Below, piece by piece: positions 51,050-62,290 of a stretch of 64,000 bases of DNA (its first letter is position 1; each line of letters begins with the position of its first letter). A program made the translations under genes and the position numbers. Source of the DNA: Antedon mediterranea (Eukaryota; Animalia; Echinodermata). The notes under the pieces are model-generated. The model had not been told where the DNA came from. It made no database searches and saw only the letters and a list, made by a program, of their open reading frames with translations. The stretch lies in contig NC_092676.1 in NCBI RefSeq assembly GCF_964355755.1, positions 26,244,871 to 26,308,870 on the forward strand. Direction: 5' to 3'.

Positions 51050-51336
51050 GACTTAGTTAGTTCTTTGTCTGACGTCACAACGTGGTTACTTGGCAAAATA
51101 TAATTTTGCTGCGTATTACGATAGTGTTCACAATTTCCAAGTTATCTGAACAGGACATGCCTATTGATTTTCAAAAAAATCGATGTATTGGTGATGCTTT
51201 AAATCTCGAGTTATCTATATCTAAAAATAATATATAGCACGCCCTCTGTTGCTTTTAAATTTTGTACAGTACTGTTACATTTCACTCCTATTCTGAGAGC
51301 TTATTTTATGTTATAACCTATGTGAATTTATATATA

Positions 51337-51572
51337 TAAAAGAATAAGCTTTTTATGTCCATATATGTGGGGATTTAAAAGAAATAATAAAGTAAACTAA
51401 TTAGCTAAGTAAAACAATAAGCTTTTTATGTCCATATATGTGGGGATTTAAAAGAAATAATAAAGTAAACTAATTAGCTAAGTAAAACAATAAGCTTTTT
51501 ATGTCCATATATGTGGGGATTTAAAAGAAATAATAAAGTAAACTAATTAGCTAAGTAAAAGAATAAACTTTT
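51337..51572. repeat. 73-bp tandem repeat, 3 copies
   Basis: AATAAGCTTTTTATGTCCATATATGTGGGGATTTAAAAG... at 51343, 51416 and 51489. Confidence 0.95.
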
Positions 51573-54150
51573 TTTGTCAGTTATATAAAGCAATATTACT
51601 TATGCCATTCTTCATAACATCAAATGTGTATATACACACCTGTTTATTAGATATCAACATCTTTATTAGATAATATACAGTATATGTTTGTTTGTATTTA
51701 AAGAAAATGTCTTCACTTTGTATGCATTCAACAATTTATAAAACAAAAGATTAAAAATGTTCAAAAAATGTATTATATTATTCACTAAAAACAATTTTTA
51801 TGATACAAACAAAAGTCACATTATGGAAATCAAGTTCAGACTTAGCATTTTGTTGACAACCGGTACACGAGTTAAAGAAAGCAAGATTTTTTGTTCCGAT
51901 ATATAATAAGTAAATATGAAATTGTTGTATTGAAAATTACTTTTGGAATGCCTAAAAATTAAGGAAAAATATGTTAAGCTCTGTCTACACTATCAAACTT
52001 TATGTGATGTGTCTATTTATGGACACATTATTACTACCATATTTGGGCACATCACACCAGGCCTTGTCTTTTCAAAATTGTAGGTGTGCTACAAATTGCA
52101 CTTCTCAATACATTCAGGGGTGCTGTTTGTACTTTGGTGTGTAGAAATTTACCAAATTTAGGCGTGTTGTAAATCGCACTCCTCAAGGGCAGTTTAGGAA
52201 TATGTTAGGTGAGTGATCACTCTTGCTCGCCTTAAAAGATAAGGCCTGTCACACTGATGTGTAGATTGTGACTCGGGTGCAATGATCACTTGCTTTATAA
52301 TAAATACAATATTCCAGAGACAGTTTTTAGACAGGTTCCATTTCTCAAAAAACGGCCTAGAAAACGAATCAAGAAGCATTTTTGGGTAGAAGCTGGGATC
52401 CACTTGATTTAGGATATTTCGACCTCGCTTCTTATGAATATGGCGGATCCCAAGCGAAATTCGGCCATCTAAGCCCTTAATTTGCATAATTAAAAATGGC
52501 GGCCATTTTTTATAATTACCCTATATCTCGAGAACCACTAGTCACAGGTAATTAATTTTGGTGTCAAAATGTTTTAAATATATGTTTTTATATTCACTTT
52601 AATGACACATTTTCTCAAAAAATGGATGCAAGTCTTATTTCTGACATTTTGACCTTTGACCTTGATTTATCGTATCTCAGTAACCAATAATCGGAGAGAC
52701 ACGAAATAGGGCTCAAATTGTTCAGAAACTATACATTCATATTTATTATAATGAAATGTTTTTACAAAAAATGGCCGATTCTACAACTATTGACCTTTGA
52801 ACTATTAGTCAATTATAATAATATAACTCTGAAAATTTTGGTCTTATGACATTTTTTTTCTTTTTAAATTGTTTAAAACATGTGTGTTTCTATCCAGTCT
52901 AATGGCACATTTTGTAGAAAGAATGGCCGATAGTATGGTTATTGACCTTTAAACTACAGCATAGGCCTACTGTATACTAAATATAATATAATTGCATAAC
53001 TATGAAATTATTTATACACAATGATAATTAGTAAAATTATAAAATTCACTGCCATCAAATATGATGTATTATGATTTATATAGATTTAAAAAAAAAATTG
53101 AACACGCAAGTTACATTTGTTGAAATTTGAAATTACCTGCCATCAATATGATGGAGTATGATTATAGATTTTTTAAAATGTGAACATGTCAGCTACATTT
53201 GGAAATTACCAGCCATCAATATGATGGATTATGATTATAGATTTAAAAAAGAATTTGAACACGTAAGCTACATTTGAAAATTACCTGCCATCGATATGAT
53301 GGATTATGATTATAGATTTAAAAAAGAATTGTAACACGTCAGCTACATTTGGAAATTTGAAAATTACCTGCCATCAATATGATAGATTATAATTGTATAG
53401 ATTTAAAAGAAAATGTGAACACGTAAGCTACATTTGAAAATTACCTGCCATCAATATGATGAATTATGATTATAGATTTAAAAACGAATTTGAACACGTC
53501 AGCTACATTTGGAAATTTGGAAATTACCTGCCATCAATATGATGGATTATGATTGTATAGGTTTGAAAGAAAATGTGAACACGTAAGCTACATTTGGAAT
53601 GAACATGTTAAGGGCATCAGTTTTGATCATTCATGTAAAGGTTTCCGTCATCTTTAGCGTTGTTAACAGTGGCATAAAGCTGTACATGGTAGTTTTGACT
53701 TCTTGCACCTACATCTATAGGTTATGCATCGTGTCTTGCGTCCACAATAAATCATCTCTAACGAAGGAGTAATAGCTTCATTTTTCAGAAGCACTGGTTG
53801 AAGTTTACCATTAGATGGTCCCAACCAAAATCTGTTGGTGATGGCAAATGCTGGATTGGCGATACAGCTTTTTTCCATACGAGTGCTTGGAAGTGTACTC
53901 TTTTTATATGTTGGTGCACTGCATCGCTTGTTGGAGGTAATGCCACTGGTTTTTTGTTTTTTTTAAACATGGCATGCCTAACTTCATTGGAACTTTTAAC
54001 TTGACCAACACCGTAAACGTAGCAAATGAATCTTTCCGATTTCATAATAACTTGGTCACTGATAGGTTTTCTCCCATGTCTTTAATTAGTTCATAATTTT
54101 TTTTTAATACTTCCCATGCCGATGCCTTTGAGTGACCACTTAGATATGAG

Positions 54151-54205
54151 CAGGGAAGAGTTAAATTACTGTATGTATGTATTAATGTAATTTAACTCTT
54201 CCCTG
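54151..54205. mobile_element. 55-bp hAT-type mini-element with 19-bp TIRs and 8-bp TSD
   Basis: GATATGAG-CAGGGAAGAGTTAAATTAC-(17 nt)-GTAATTTAACTCTTCCCTG-GATATGAG. Removal restores GCDTTSYLSGHSKASAWEV in the host ORF. Confidence 0.9.
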
Positions 54206-55029
54206 GATATGAGGTAGTATCGCATCCACTAATAGTGTGGAATGGAATCAGTGCTTTTGCAGAACCATCCGGCAAGGCTTGAAAAATGTCTTTTATAGAT
54301 ACTTTCTTTTTTTGGATGCCCCTGTCATCATCCATTTGGATACCATGCTTTGGTAGTGAGACACTAGAATCACAGTACGTCTGTATCCCTAAGCAACTAC
54401 AACTGTGTCGTATCGGACATTGGCAGCATGACAAGTCGCGTGTCCGCTTCTCCATGATCTGGTACCAGAGACAACGTATTCGTGTAGACTTTTGATGATT
54501 TAACAACTGATTCTTCCATAAATCCACCAGCTGTGACAATTTCTTTGTCTATAGGAGCTTGACGAATCAACTCCTCTGATAGAAATCGTGCCAGATCTGC
54601 TTTATTTTCTTGTAATGCCAAAAAGTTCGACCAGCAATTTGGCTGCCTGTGTTTTGGTTCATCTTTGTCTGGTGGTGTCCTTTATCGACAGTTTTAAGTT
54701 AGGCATGCCATGTTTAAAAAAAAAAAAACCAGAGGCATACCTCCAACAAGCGATGCAGTGCACCAGCATATAAAAAGAGCACACTTCCAATCACTCGTAT
54801 GGAAAAAAGCTGTATCGCCAATCCAGCATTTGCTATTACCAACAGATTTTGGTTGGGAGCTATCTAATGGTAAACTTCAACCAGTGCTTCTGAAAAATGA
54901 AGCTATTCCTACTGCTTCGTTAGAGATGAATTATTGTGGATGCAAGACACGATGCATAACCATATAGATGTAGGTGCAAGAAGTCAAAACTACCATGTAC
55001 AGCTTTATGCTGCTGTAACAACGCTAAAG

Positions 55030-55812
55030 TCGAAAACAAAATATCTAAAAGTTCTGGTATCATATATAGATTATCGTCTTTCATCCCTCAAAACATACTC
55101 CAGATTCTTTACTGTTCACTAATCCTCCCTTACCTCACTTACTGTAATATTATTTGGGGTAATACATACCCGTCCTACTTAAACAAACTGTTATTGATCC
55201 AAAAGAAAACCGTAAGATACATAGCAAATGCTCCTCCTTTATCCCATTCCAATCCTTTATTTTCTTCATTTGGTCTTCTTAAAATTCAGGCTATTAACCA
55301 TCTTCAACAGTGTTTTCCTCTATTCATGGCTAAACTCGATCCTGCCATCACACTTTTATGATTTATTTAGTTTCAATCTTAATTTTCATAACCACAGTAC
55401 TCGGAGCGCAAATCAAATACGTATTCCTTTTTTAAAAACTGCTTCTTTTAAACATAGCATTAAGTTCACTGGTCCTAAACTCTGGGATAACGTACCAGTT
55501 AATATAAAAAGTGCTTTGTCTAAGAAGAGTTTTTCTTTTAAATTGAAACGGCACCTCTTATCTAGTTATGTTTAATTATCCTTTCACTCATTGTAGTTTT
55601 GATATTTAGTCTTTTCGGTACCCTGAAACTAAAAGTCTTCATTACTGTTTTTGTCCTGTTTCCGGTTCCCGTGTTGTCCTGTTTTTTTTTTCAGTTTCTA
55701 TGGGCTGCCTTATACAAGCTTCGCTTTTTAGGAATGCTGCCCCTTTTATTTTAATCATATTTACTGTTAATTTTTATTTTCTATGAATGACAAGAAGAGA
55801 AATAAATGTTAC

Positions 55813-55856
<44 letters not shown>
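55030..55856 (+). mobile_element. 5'-truncated CR1/L2-group LINE with (TTGA)n tail
   Basis: Translates ENKISKSSGIIYRL..LYCSLILPYLTYCNIIWG..IQKKTVRYI and HSTRS..FTGPKLWDNVPVNIK..FKLK. Followed by AATAAA and a GATT microsatellite, flanked by AAAG/AAAG, and absent from the other arm of the inverted repeat. Confidence 0.85.
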
Positions 55857-55858
<2 letters not shown>

Positions 55859-56947
55859 AGATGACGGAAACCTTTAAATGAATGATCAAAACTGATGCCC
55901 TTAACATGTTCATTCCAAATGTAGCTACGCGTTCACATTTTCTTTCAAACCTTTATACAATCATAATCCATCATATTGATGGCAGGTAAGTTCCAAATTT
56001 CCAAATGTAGCTGACGTGTTCAAATTCTTTTTTAAATCTATAATCATACTCCATCATATTGATGGCAGGTAATTTCCAAATGTAACTTGCATGTTCATTT
56101 TTTTTTAATCTATATAAATCATAATACATCATATTTGATGGCAGTGAATTATATAATTTTACTAATTATCATTGTGTATAAATAATTTCATAGTTATGCA
56201 ATTATATTATATTTAGTATACAGTAGGCCTATGCTGTAGTTCAAATGTCAATAACCATACTATCGGCCATTCTTCTACAAAATGTGCCATTAGACTGGAT
56301 AGAAACACACATGTTTTAAACAAAAAAAATGTCATAAGACCAACATTTTCAGAGTTATATTATTATATTTGACTAATAGTTCAAAGGTCAATAGTTGTAG
56401 AATCGGCCATTTTTTGTAAAAACATTTCATTATAATAAATATGAATGTATAGTTTCTGAACAATTTGAGCCCTATTTCGTGTCTCTCCGATTATTGGTTA
56501 CTGAGATACGATAAATCAAGGTCAAAGGTCAAAATGTCAGAAATAAGACTTGCATCCATTTTTTGAGAAAATGTGTCATTAAAGTGAATATAAAAACATA
56601 TATTTAAAACATTTTGACACCAAAATTAATTACCTGTGACTAGTGGTTCTCGAGATATAAGGTAATTATAAAAAATGGCCGCCATTTTTAATTATGCAAA
56701 TTAAGGGCTTAGATGGCCGAATTTCGCTTGGGATCCGCCATATTCGTAATCAGCGAGGTCGAAATATCCTAAATCAAGTGGATCCCAGCTTCTACCCAAA
56801 AATGCTTCTTACACCATATTTCAGAGGAAATAGAACTTGTCTATTTCATTTGTGGTCTAAAAAACTTTTACAATATTTTACAATTAGGGTAGTATGTGAA
56901 AGTGTACCCTATATTTTAAAATTGTTCATTTAATTTCAACATTATCC

Positions 56948-58537
56948 TCAAGTTTGATCAATTATCAGCTCATCTATTCCCCAGTCCTCAAAACTGCCGT
57001 CAGGAAGGTAACGACGAATAATGATTGGAATTTTTCTTGCTCTACAAAAGAAATAAGAGAAAATATATCCCTGTACTGTATAACGTCAGTATAAGTTTAA
57101 AAATTAATTCTTATTTGAGTTAGTTATTCACTAATGTCTAATTAGTTAAGCTCTGTCTACATTATCAAACTTTATGTGACTAAAAAAATGTGATGTGTCC
57201 ATATATTGACACGATGATTTCATATCACTACCATATTTAAGCATATCACTACCATATTTGGGCATATCACTACCATATTTAAGCATATCACTACCATATT
57301 TGGGCATATCATTACCATATTTAAGCATATCACTACCATATTTGGGCATATCACACTTCTTTTGTCAAACTAATTTGATAGTGTAGACAGAGCATTACGT
57401 ACTTTAGTTCTTTCATAGCTATTTCAAGTGGATCAGTCTCTCCTTCTAGCTCTACCATAACTGGGGCATTCATTCTGAAAAATAAAGTATTTAATTGAAG
57501 CTTTTATAAATCATTATATATCATTATAAAATACAGTTATCACAATGCAACCTTGCTTGTTGAGTTAAATTAAAATTGTTTGTTTTTACCTCTTTTGTTC
57601 TGCGTCCTAGTGAGACAAGTATCTACTTCTAACTAGAGCCAATGTTAATAATGCTCTCTTCATTTTTCCTCTTTGCATTGTATATTAATATTATCTAAAT
57701 GAATTGACTTATTGAATTTGAAAATTATATGTGTTAATTATGTAATTTGAACATACGCAATTTGCAACGCCCTCGTCCCCAACACCCTTGCACGCTCATA
57801 TTTTGTCATATACGGTGTAGTGATCCTTTCCATTGGTGCTTGGCTGTCAGCAGAAGGCAGAATCTCAATATTTTCTCCTTCATCACCATCCTAGACAAAA
57901 TAAATGTTATAACAAAATTATTACATTTGTTTTGTATTATATATACTTGCTAAATCTGGATATATTATTGGCAGGCTTTGAACATAATTATTGCGGACAG
58001 TAACATTTTTGGAAAGTTTTGAGTACAGTACAGTATTAGAAGGGAGAGTGTGTTACAGCAGCTGTACTATCTAAGTAAGAGTAACCTTAGTACTACTACT
58101 TACTCCTTCATTCTGTAGGTCATTTATTTCTTCATCATCATCTACATCTTCAAAGTTATCATTGAATCTGTAATTTGTAAATAAATATTTAAAAACAAAA
58201 AAATTATTTAAATTTTTATTATAATTAAATTTTTAGATTCTTAATCTTAGCCTACGTCTTCCTCTAGCTGTCAGGTTGAAACTACTTACGCCGGCCGCCC
58301 TAGTTTTCTAGGCACCCCTCTCTAGTAAGGCCTATTCCACACTTGTTAGTCCACCCCGGCCCCGTCGGCTTTGGGATGGGTAGTTAAGTTACAGTAAGTA
58401 TCTCAGAAGTAGAATAGGCCTAACTAGCCTAGCTAGGCTAGTTCTACCTACTACTACTAGGCTAGTTCGTGTGTTGTTATTTACCAAATAACTAATTTAA
58501 GTTGAACTTACTCTCCCATATCATCGTCATCTGCCAT
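56948..58537 (-). CDS. POLR2F: DNA-directed RNA polymerases I, II and III subunit RPABC2 (RPB6)
   Basis: Five exons (~58537-58512, 58167-58104, 57890-57757, 57474-57403, 57042-56948). Acidic N-terminus, then [75 protein letters not shown]. Confidence 0.98.
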
Positions 58538-59322
58538 ATTTTCGATATTTCAGTGGACTTGAGGTATAAAAATCGTAAATTAAACCGTTTCGTTTTGATC
58601 CGCGACGACGACTCGACTGCACGCTTCTTTTTCTTTTCAAAATCAAAATGCTGCTGCTCTAACTAACTATGATGTGTGAGATGTGCATTCCATGATTTCA
58701 TCTAAATAATATGCTGTAGTTGGTGTTGAATAATCCATGTTAACATAAAGCAAGTAATTCAATCATGTTTTAATAATATATGAGGACTCATTTAATAATA
58801 TTATAACAACTATTATTGTAGAAGAATATCTCCTAAACACTGATAACCAACAATGATTATACCTTTGGCGTTTCATAATTCTATTTAGTGTAACCCAACC
58901 AAGCGGAACGCGATTCGCTTCAATGGACAAGTGATGGTTTAGTTTATATTTCTAAGTTCTCTTTTACTTTAGATTAGTATTGTTATTAAATAAACTATAT
59001 GAGTAGGCTTAGACCGGTCTTTATGCCATATATATTTTATACTTTCAGTGCCTAATTCACCGAGTAAATCAGTAAGTGTATTTACATGTTAAGTTCAAGT
59101 TTTGGTTAAGCCCTAGCTAGGCCGAATATTCAACATTCCTTTCCGATGAGTAGGCCTCACTCCCCTGAATCAGCAACTTTTCTTCGGCACACTACTGACT
59201 ATACAGTACATACATTAAACCTTAGGTAGGGCCTACCTTATCTAGTCCTCTGAGTGAGGATAGGGGTTTTGTTCTTAGCCAATACATTCATCTTAAATTT
59301 TTTAGAGTTTTTAATTTCAGGC

Positions 59323-61918
59323 ATGGAAAACTCATCCACACAGTTGCATTCACACTGCGACTCATGCTTCCAAATGTTCTGCAATGAAAAAGTTCCAGGT
59401 TGTGAAATGAAATGGTGTGAACTGAACTGTGGGGCTTGCTTTCATGCATGCAAGAAAGAAGATCACGGTAATGTCTGCATAAACAAGTGGATTGACTGCG
59501 TAAATTCCGGGTACGGTTGCCCTTTGACAATGCCACGATGGCAGATGATGAAACATATCAAAAGATGTCCAGCTAGCGTTGTTCATTGTACTATGGAATG
59601 GAACAGAAGGATCACCACATCGAATAGTAAGTTACAACTACCGGAATACTCCGCAAAGAAGGTACACACATCGCAACTTGATTTGGCATTGGCTGTACGA
59701 GACCAACAGGTGTTACTGAAGTCTAAAAAGGATGAGGATTTGAATGCATCAACGGTCTCTCCAACGTCATCTTTCGAAGTTTCGTCACTTGCTAAGAGAC
59801 TCACAAATTGTTTTTATAACGTTAAATGTTCACATTGCCAAGGAAGACAGAAGAGGTTTGAAACACGTTATGGACATCAACATGTACATCATCAGAATGA
59901 AACTACTGATAATGGAGGGTTTATTGCTTGTACTAAAAGAATATCGAATGAAGAACATATAGAAAACATCCCAACGGAGAATGATGAAACTCCCGATAGT
60001 AGTAAAGGTAAAAATGGAATAGTCAACACAAATACATCCTCCACTGGTACATCAAAGGCCAATAAAACCTTAGAACAGTTTAGTAATGGATCAAAGGCCA
60101 ATAAAACGCAACAAGAACCATGCATCGACATTACATTGGAGTCTATGCCAAGATATCAACGAAAACCAAGTTCAATGCATACATTTTTATGTCAAAAGGT
60201 GAGTATACAGTACATGACAGTGGGACCATGACATGAGGGTGGGACCATGGTTTAACCAAGTGTGTAAATGAATGATTGCAATGGTAATACAATATAGCAT
60301 ATTTACAGTACACAGTTTTATTTATGTATTTATTTTGTTTATTCCTTCTAGCAGACAGATAGCAGAACACAAACTTAATGTTACAACAAAATGTGATGTG
60401 CTCATATATGGACACGATGATGTCATATCACTACCATATTTGAGCATATCACTACCATATTTGGACAAACTAGTTTAGTAGTGTAAACAGAGCTTAATGT
60501 ATTGTCAAAGTATAAAACAATAAACCTGTATCTACACCAAGTTCCACATCTAATCTGGATAAAGTGAATGACCCATCCATCGCACCACTGACCAGTCCAT
60601 CGCACCACCGACCACACATATGTTGTTATATTTTCAAAGAATCATCAATTATAAAATGATAATTTTATTTTTTCTTAGAATTTCCGAAGAGATGAAATAA
60701 ATAACCACATTCAGAACGTACACAGTGAAATTCATGCTGGTCTAAATGGTTGGCTCGAACCACGCTGTCCTCTGGCACAATATGGATGTACCTTCAGCCA
60801 ACACCGCTTTCATCCAGAAAAGAAAGGGGCAAAGGTCATTTACAGTCAGGCATTGGAAAGCTTTGGATTGAAGCCAAAACCATTAGGCAGACATCGCAGT
60901 TTCATGAGCGATAACAGTGAAGATGAAGAATTGGAGACAACAAATAACCTGAGGTCAAAAGATCGAAGAGAAAATGTCGCAATAGATTTGGAGAAAGCTA
61001 GGTACAATCTGAACGGTACTGACTACATTAGTCATCTTCCATTAGAACTACTTCGACACATCGTCAGAATGCTGGATAGCTTCAGTATTTCTTCTTTATC
61101 ACTGACGTCGCAAGTGTTTCGTCAAGTTTGTTGTTCCTTGTTGGAAGAAAGAGGAATGGTTGTCCCTCGATGGGTCAAGTTAAATAAATCTTGGGAAATG
61201 AAATCCATGGTAAGTGTTCATTTTTCTGTTTAATTGATGTGTAGGCATCAGAAAATCTGCCGTCAAGAACAATCTAGAGGGAATGGTCAATTTACACAGA
61301 TGAGCTGTAACGGTAAGCGGAAAACCGTGGAGCTTGTCCAACATAGAGTCTGTATCTAAGCAAAAACTGTCCGTCATGTGTAAATGCAATAACATAGATT
61401 CCATATTTGTATTACTATTACCGCTGGTATGTGTAAATTGACCTTTATAAGGTTTTATTCTAATCTTCTAAAATGCATAGCATTTCTGCTTATTGTGTTT
61501 TGCATTGCTTAATAGAAACCTTTAATTAATTTGTTGGACACAAGCGGTCAAGGGGTTACACCAAGCATCATAACACTTATGTGTCCAGAATCCTACAACA
61601 AACCTACAATGTACATGGCCGTAACAACAAAAATATACCCCTTAGACTTAATGTCTTGACTGTGAAAAACGACCAGTTTGATTGATAATATTACATCATC
61701 TATTACAGGTTTGGCAGTTCTCTACTTCGTTTACTGGCATCTCTTTCTGGAAGTTTGAAGAATCGCATCTTATATCAGAACATTTAAAATCTTGTGAGTA
61801 CAATAACCGGTTGCTAATCAAAAAGCCAGTTCAAGTCATAATCACTAACAGTATTCCTTCTACACAATTGAGACATCTGGATAAAGACGCTGAAGGACCG
61901 AAGTGGATGCCACCGTAA
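59323..61918 (+). CDS. F-box only protein 30/40-like (TRAF-type zinc finger + F-box), ~538 aa
   Basis: Exons 59323-60198, 60679-61209, 61709-61918. Motifs HSHCDSC, CGACFHACKKEDH, CVNSGYGCP, CPASVVHCTMEWNR, FRRDE..NVHSEIHAGLNGWLEPRCPLAQYGCTF, F-box ISHLPLELLRHIVRMLDSFS, RGMV and VWQFSTSF..SEHLKSC. Confidence 0.92.
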
Positions 61919-62052
61919 TTTACTTTTTGTGCAGCTTAAGTCTTCACTACAAATTAATTTTAGAGCATGCTGGCCAAGCTTTGTATCTACTATATATTTG
62001 CTTTGTTTTTTATTATTCGATTGTCATTTTTATGATCTATATTAAGCTGATT

Positions 62053-62290
62053 ACCAGTGATAGGGCGGAGGTTTTTGGCAGAAAAGACCAGTGATAGGGC
62101 GGAGGTTTTGGGCAGAAAAGACCAGTGATAGGGCGGAGGTTTTGGGCAGAAAAGACCAATGATAGGGCGGAGGTTTCGGGCGGAAAAGACCAGTGATAGG
62201 GCGGAGGTTTTGGGCGGAAAAGACCAGTGATAGGGCGGGGTTTTGGGCGGAAAAGACCAGTGATAGGGCGGAGGTTTTGGGCGGAAAAGA
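62053..62290. repeat. G-rich 34-bp minisatellite, 7 copies
   Basis: Unit ACCAGTGATAGGGCGGAGGTTTTGGGC(A/G)GAAAAG, head-to-tail with no spacers. Confidence 0.95.

Larger units (their letters stand above)
52371..56810. mobile_element. Rearranged DNA-transposon relic: long inverted duplication around XPG/FEN1-like nuclease + CXC-domain pseudogene fragments
   Basis: Arm 52371-53984 is the reverse complement of 54696-56810 (excluding the insert at 55030-55856). Minus-strand fragments HGEADTRL, FHTISGCDTTS, LPPTSDAVHQHIKR..WKKA..PTDFGW and CG(C)KTRCITYRCRCKKSKLPCTALCHC, with frameshifts. Internal ~65-70-bp tandem repeats at 53040-53600 and 55915-56150. Confidence 0.85.

Noticed and set aside
52194-56933. 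Two ORFs starting MQIKGLDGRISLGIRHI on opposite strands as a gene pair
   Set aside because: They arise from the inverted duplication of non-coding transposon sequence, and similarity stops at the arm boundary.
57146-57349. ORF with (MPKYGSD)n repeats
   Set aside because: It is the translation of the 21-bp repeat inside MITE A.
58691-58739. Sixth CATG...CATG footprint candidate in the POLR2F/FBXO promoter
   Set aside because: The ends are only weakly complementary and there is no 7-bp flanking duplication.
62053-62290. CRISPR-like array (34-bp repeats)
   Set aside because: Repeats are head-to-tail with no unique spacers, there are no cas genes, and the context is eukaryotic. The same applies to 23131-23392.
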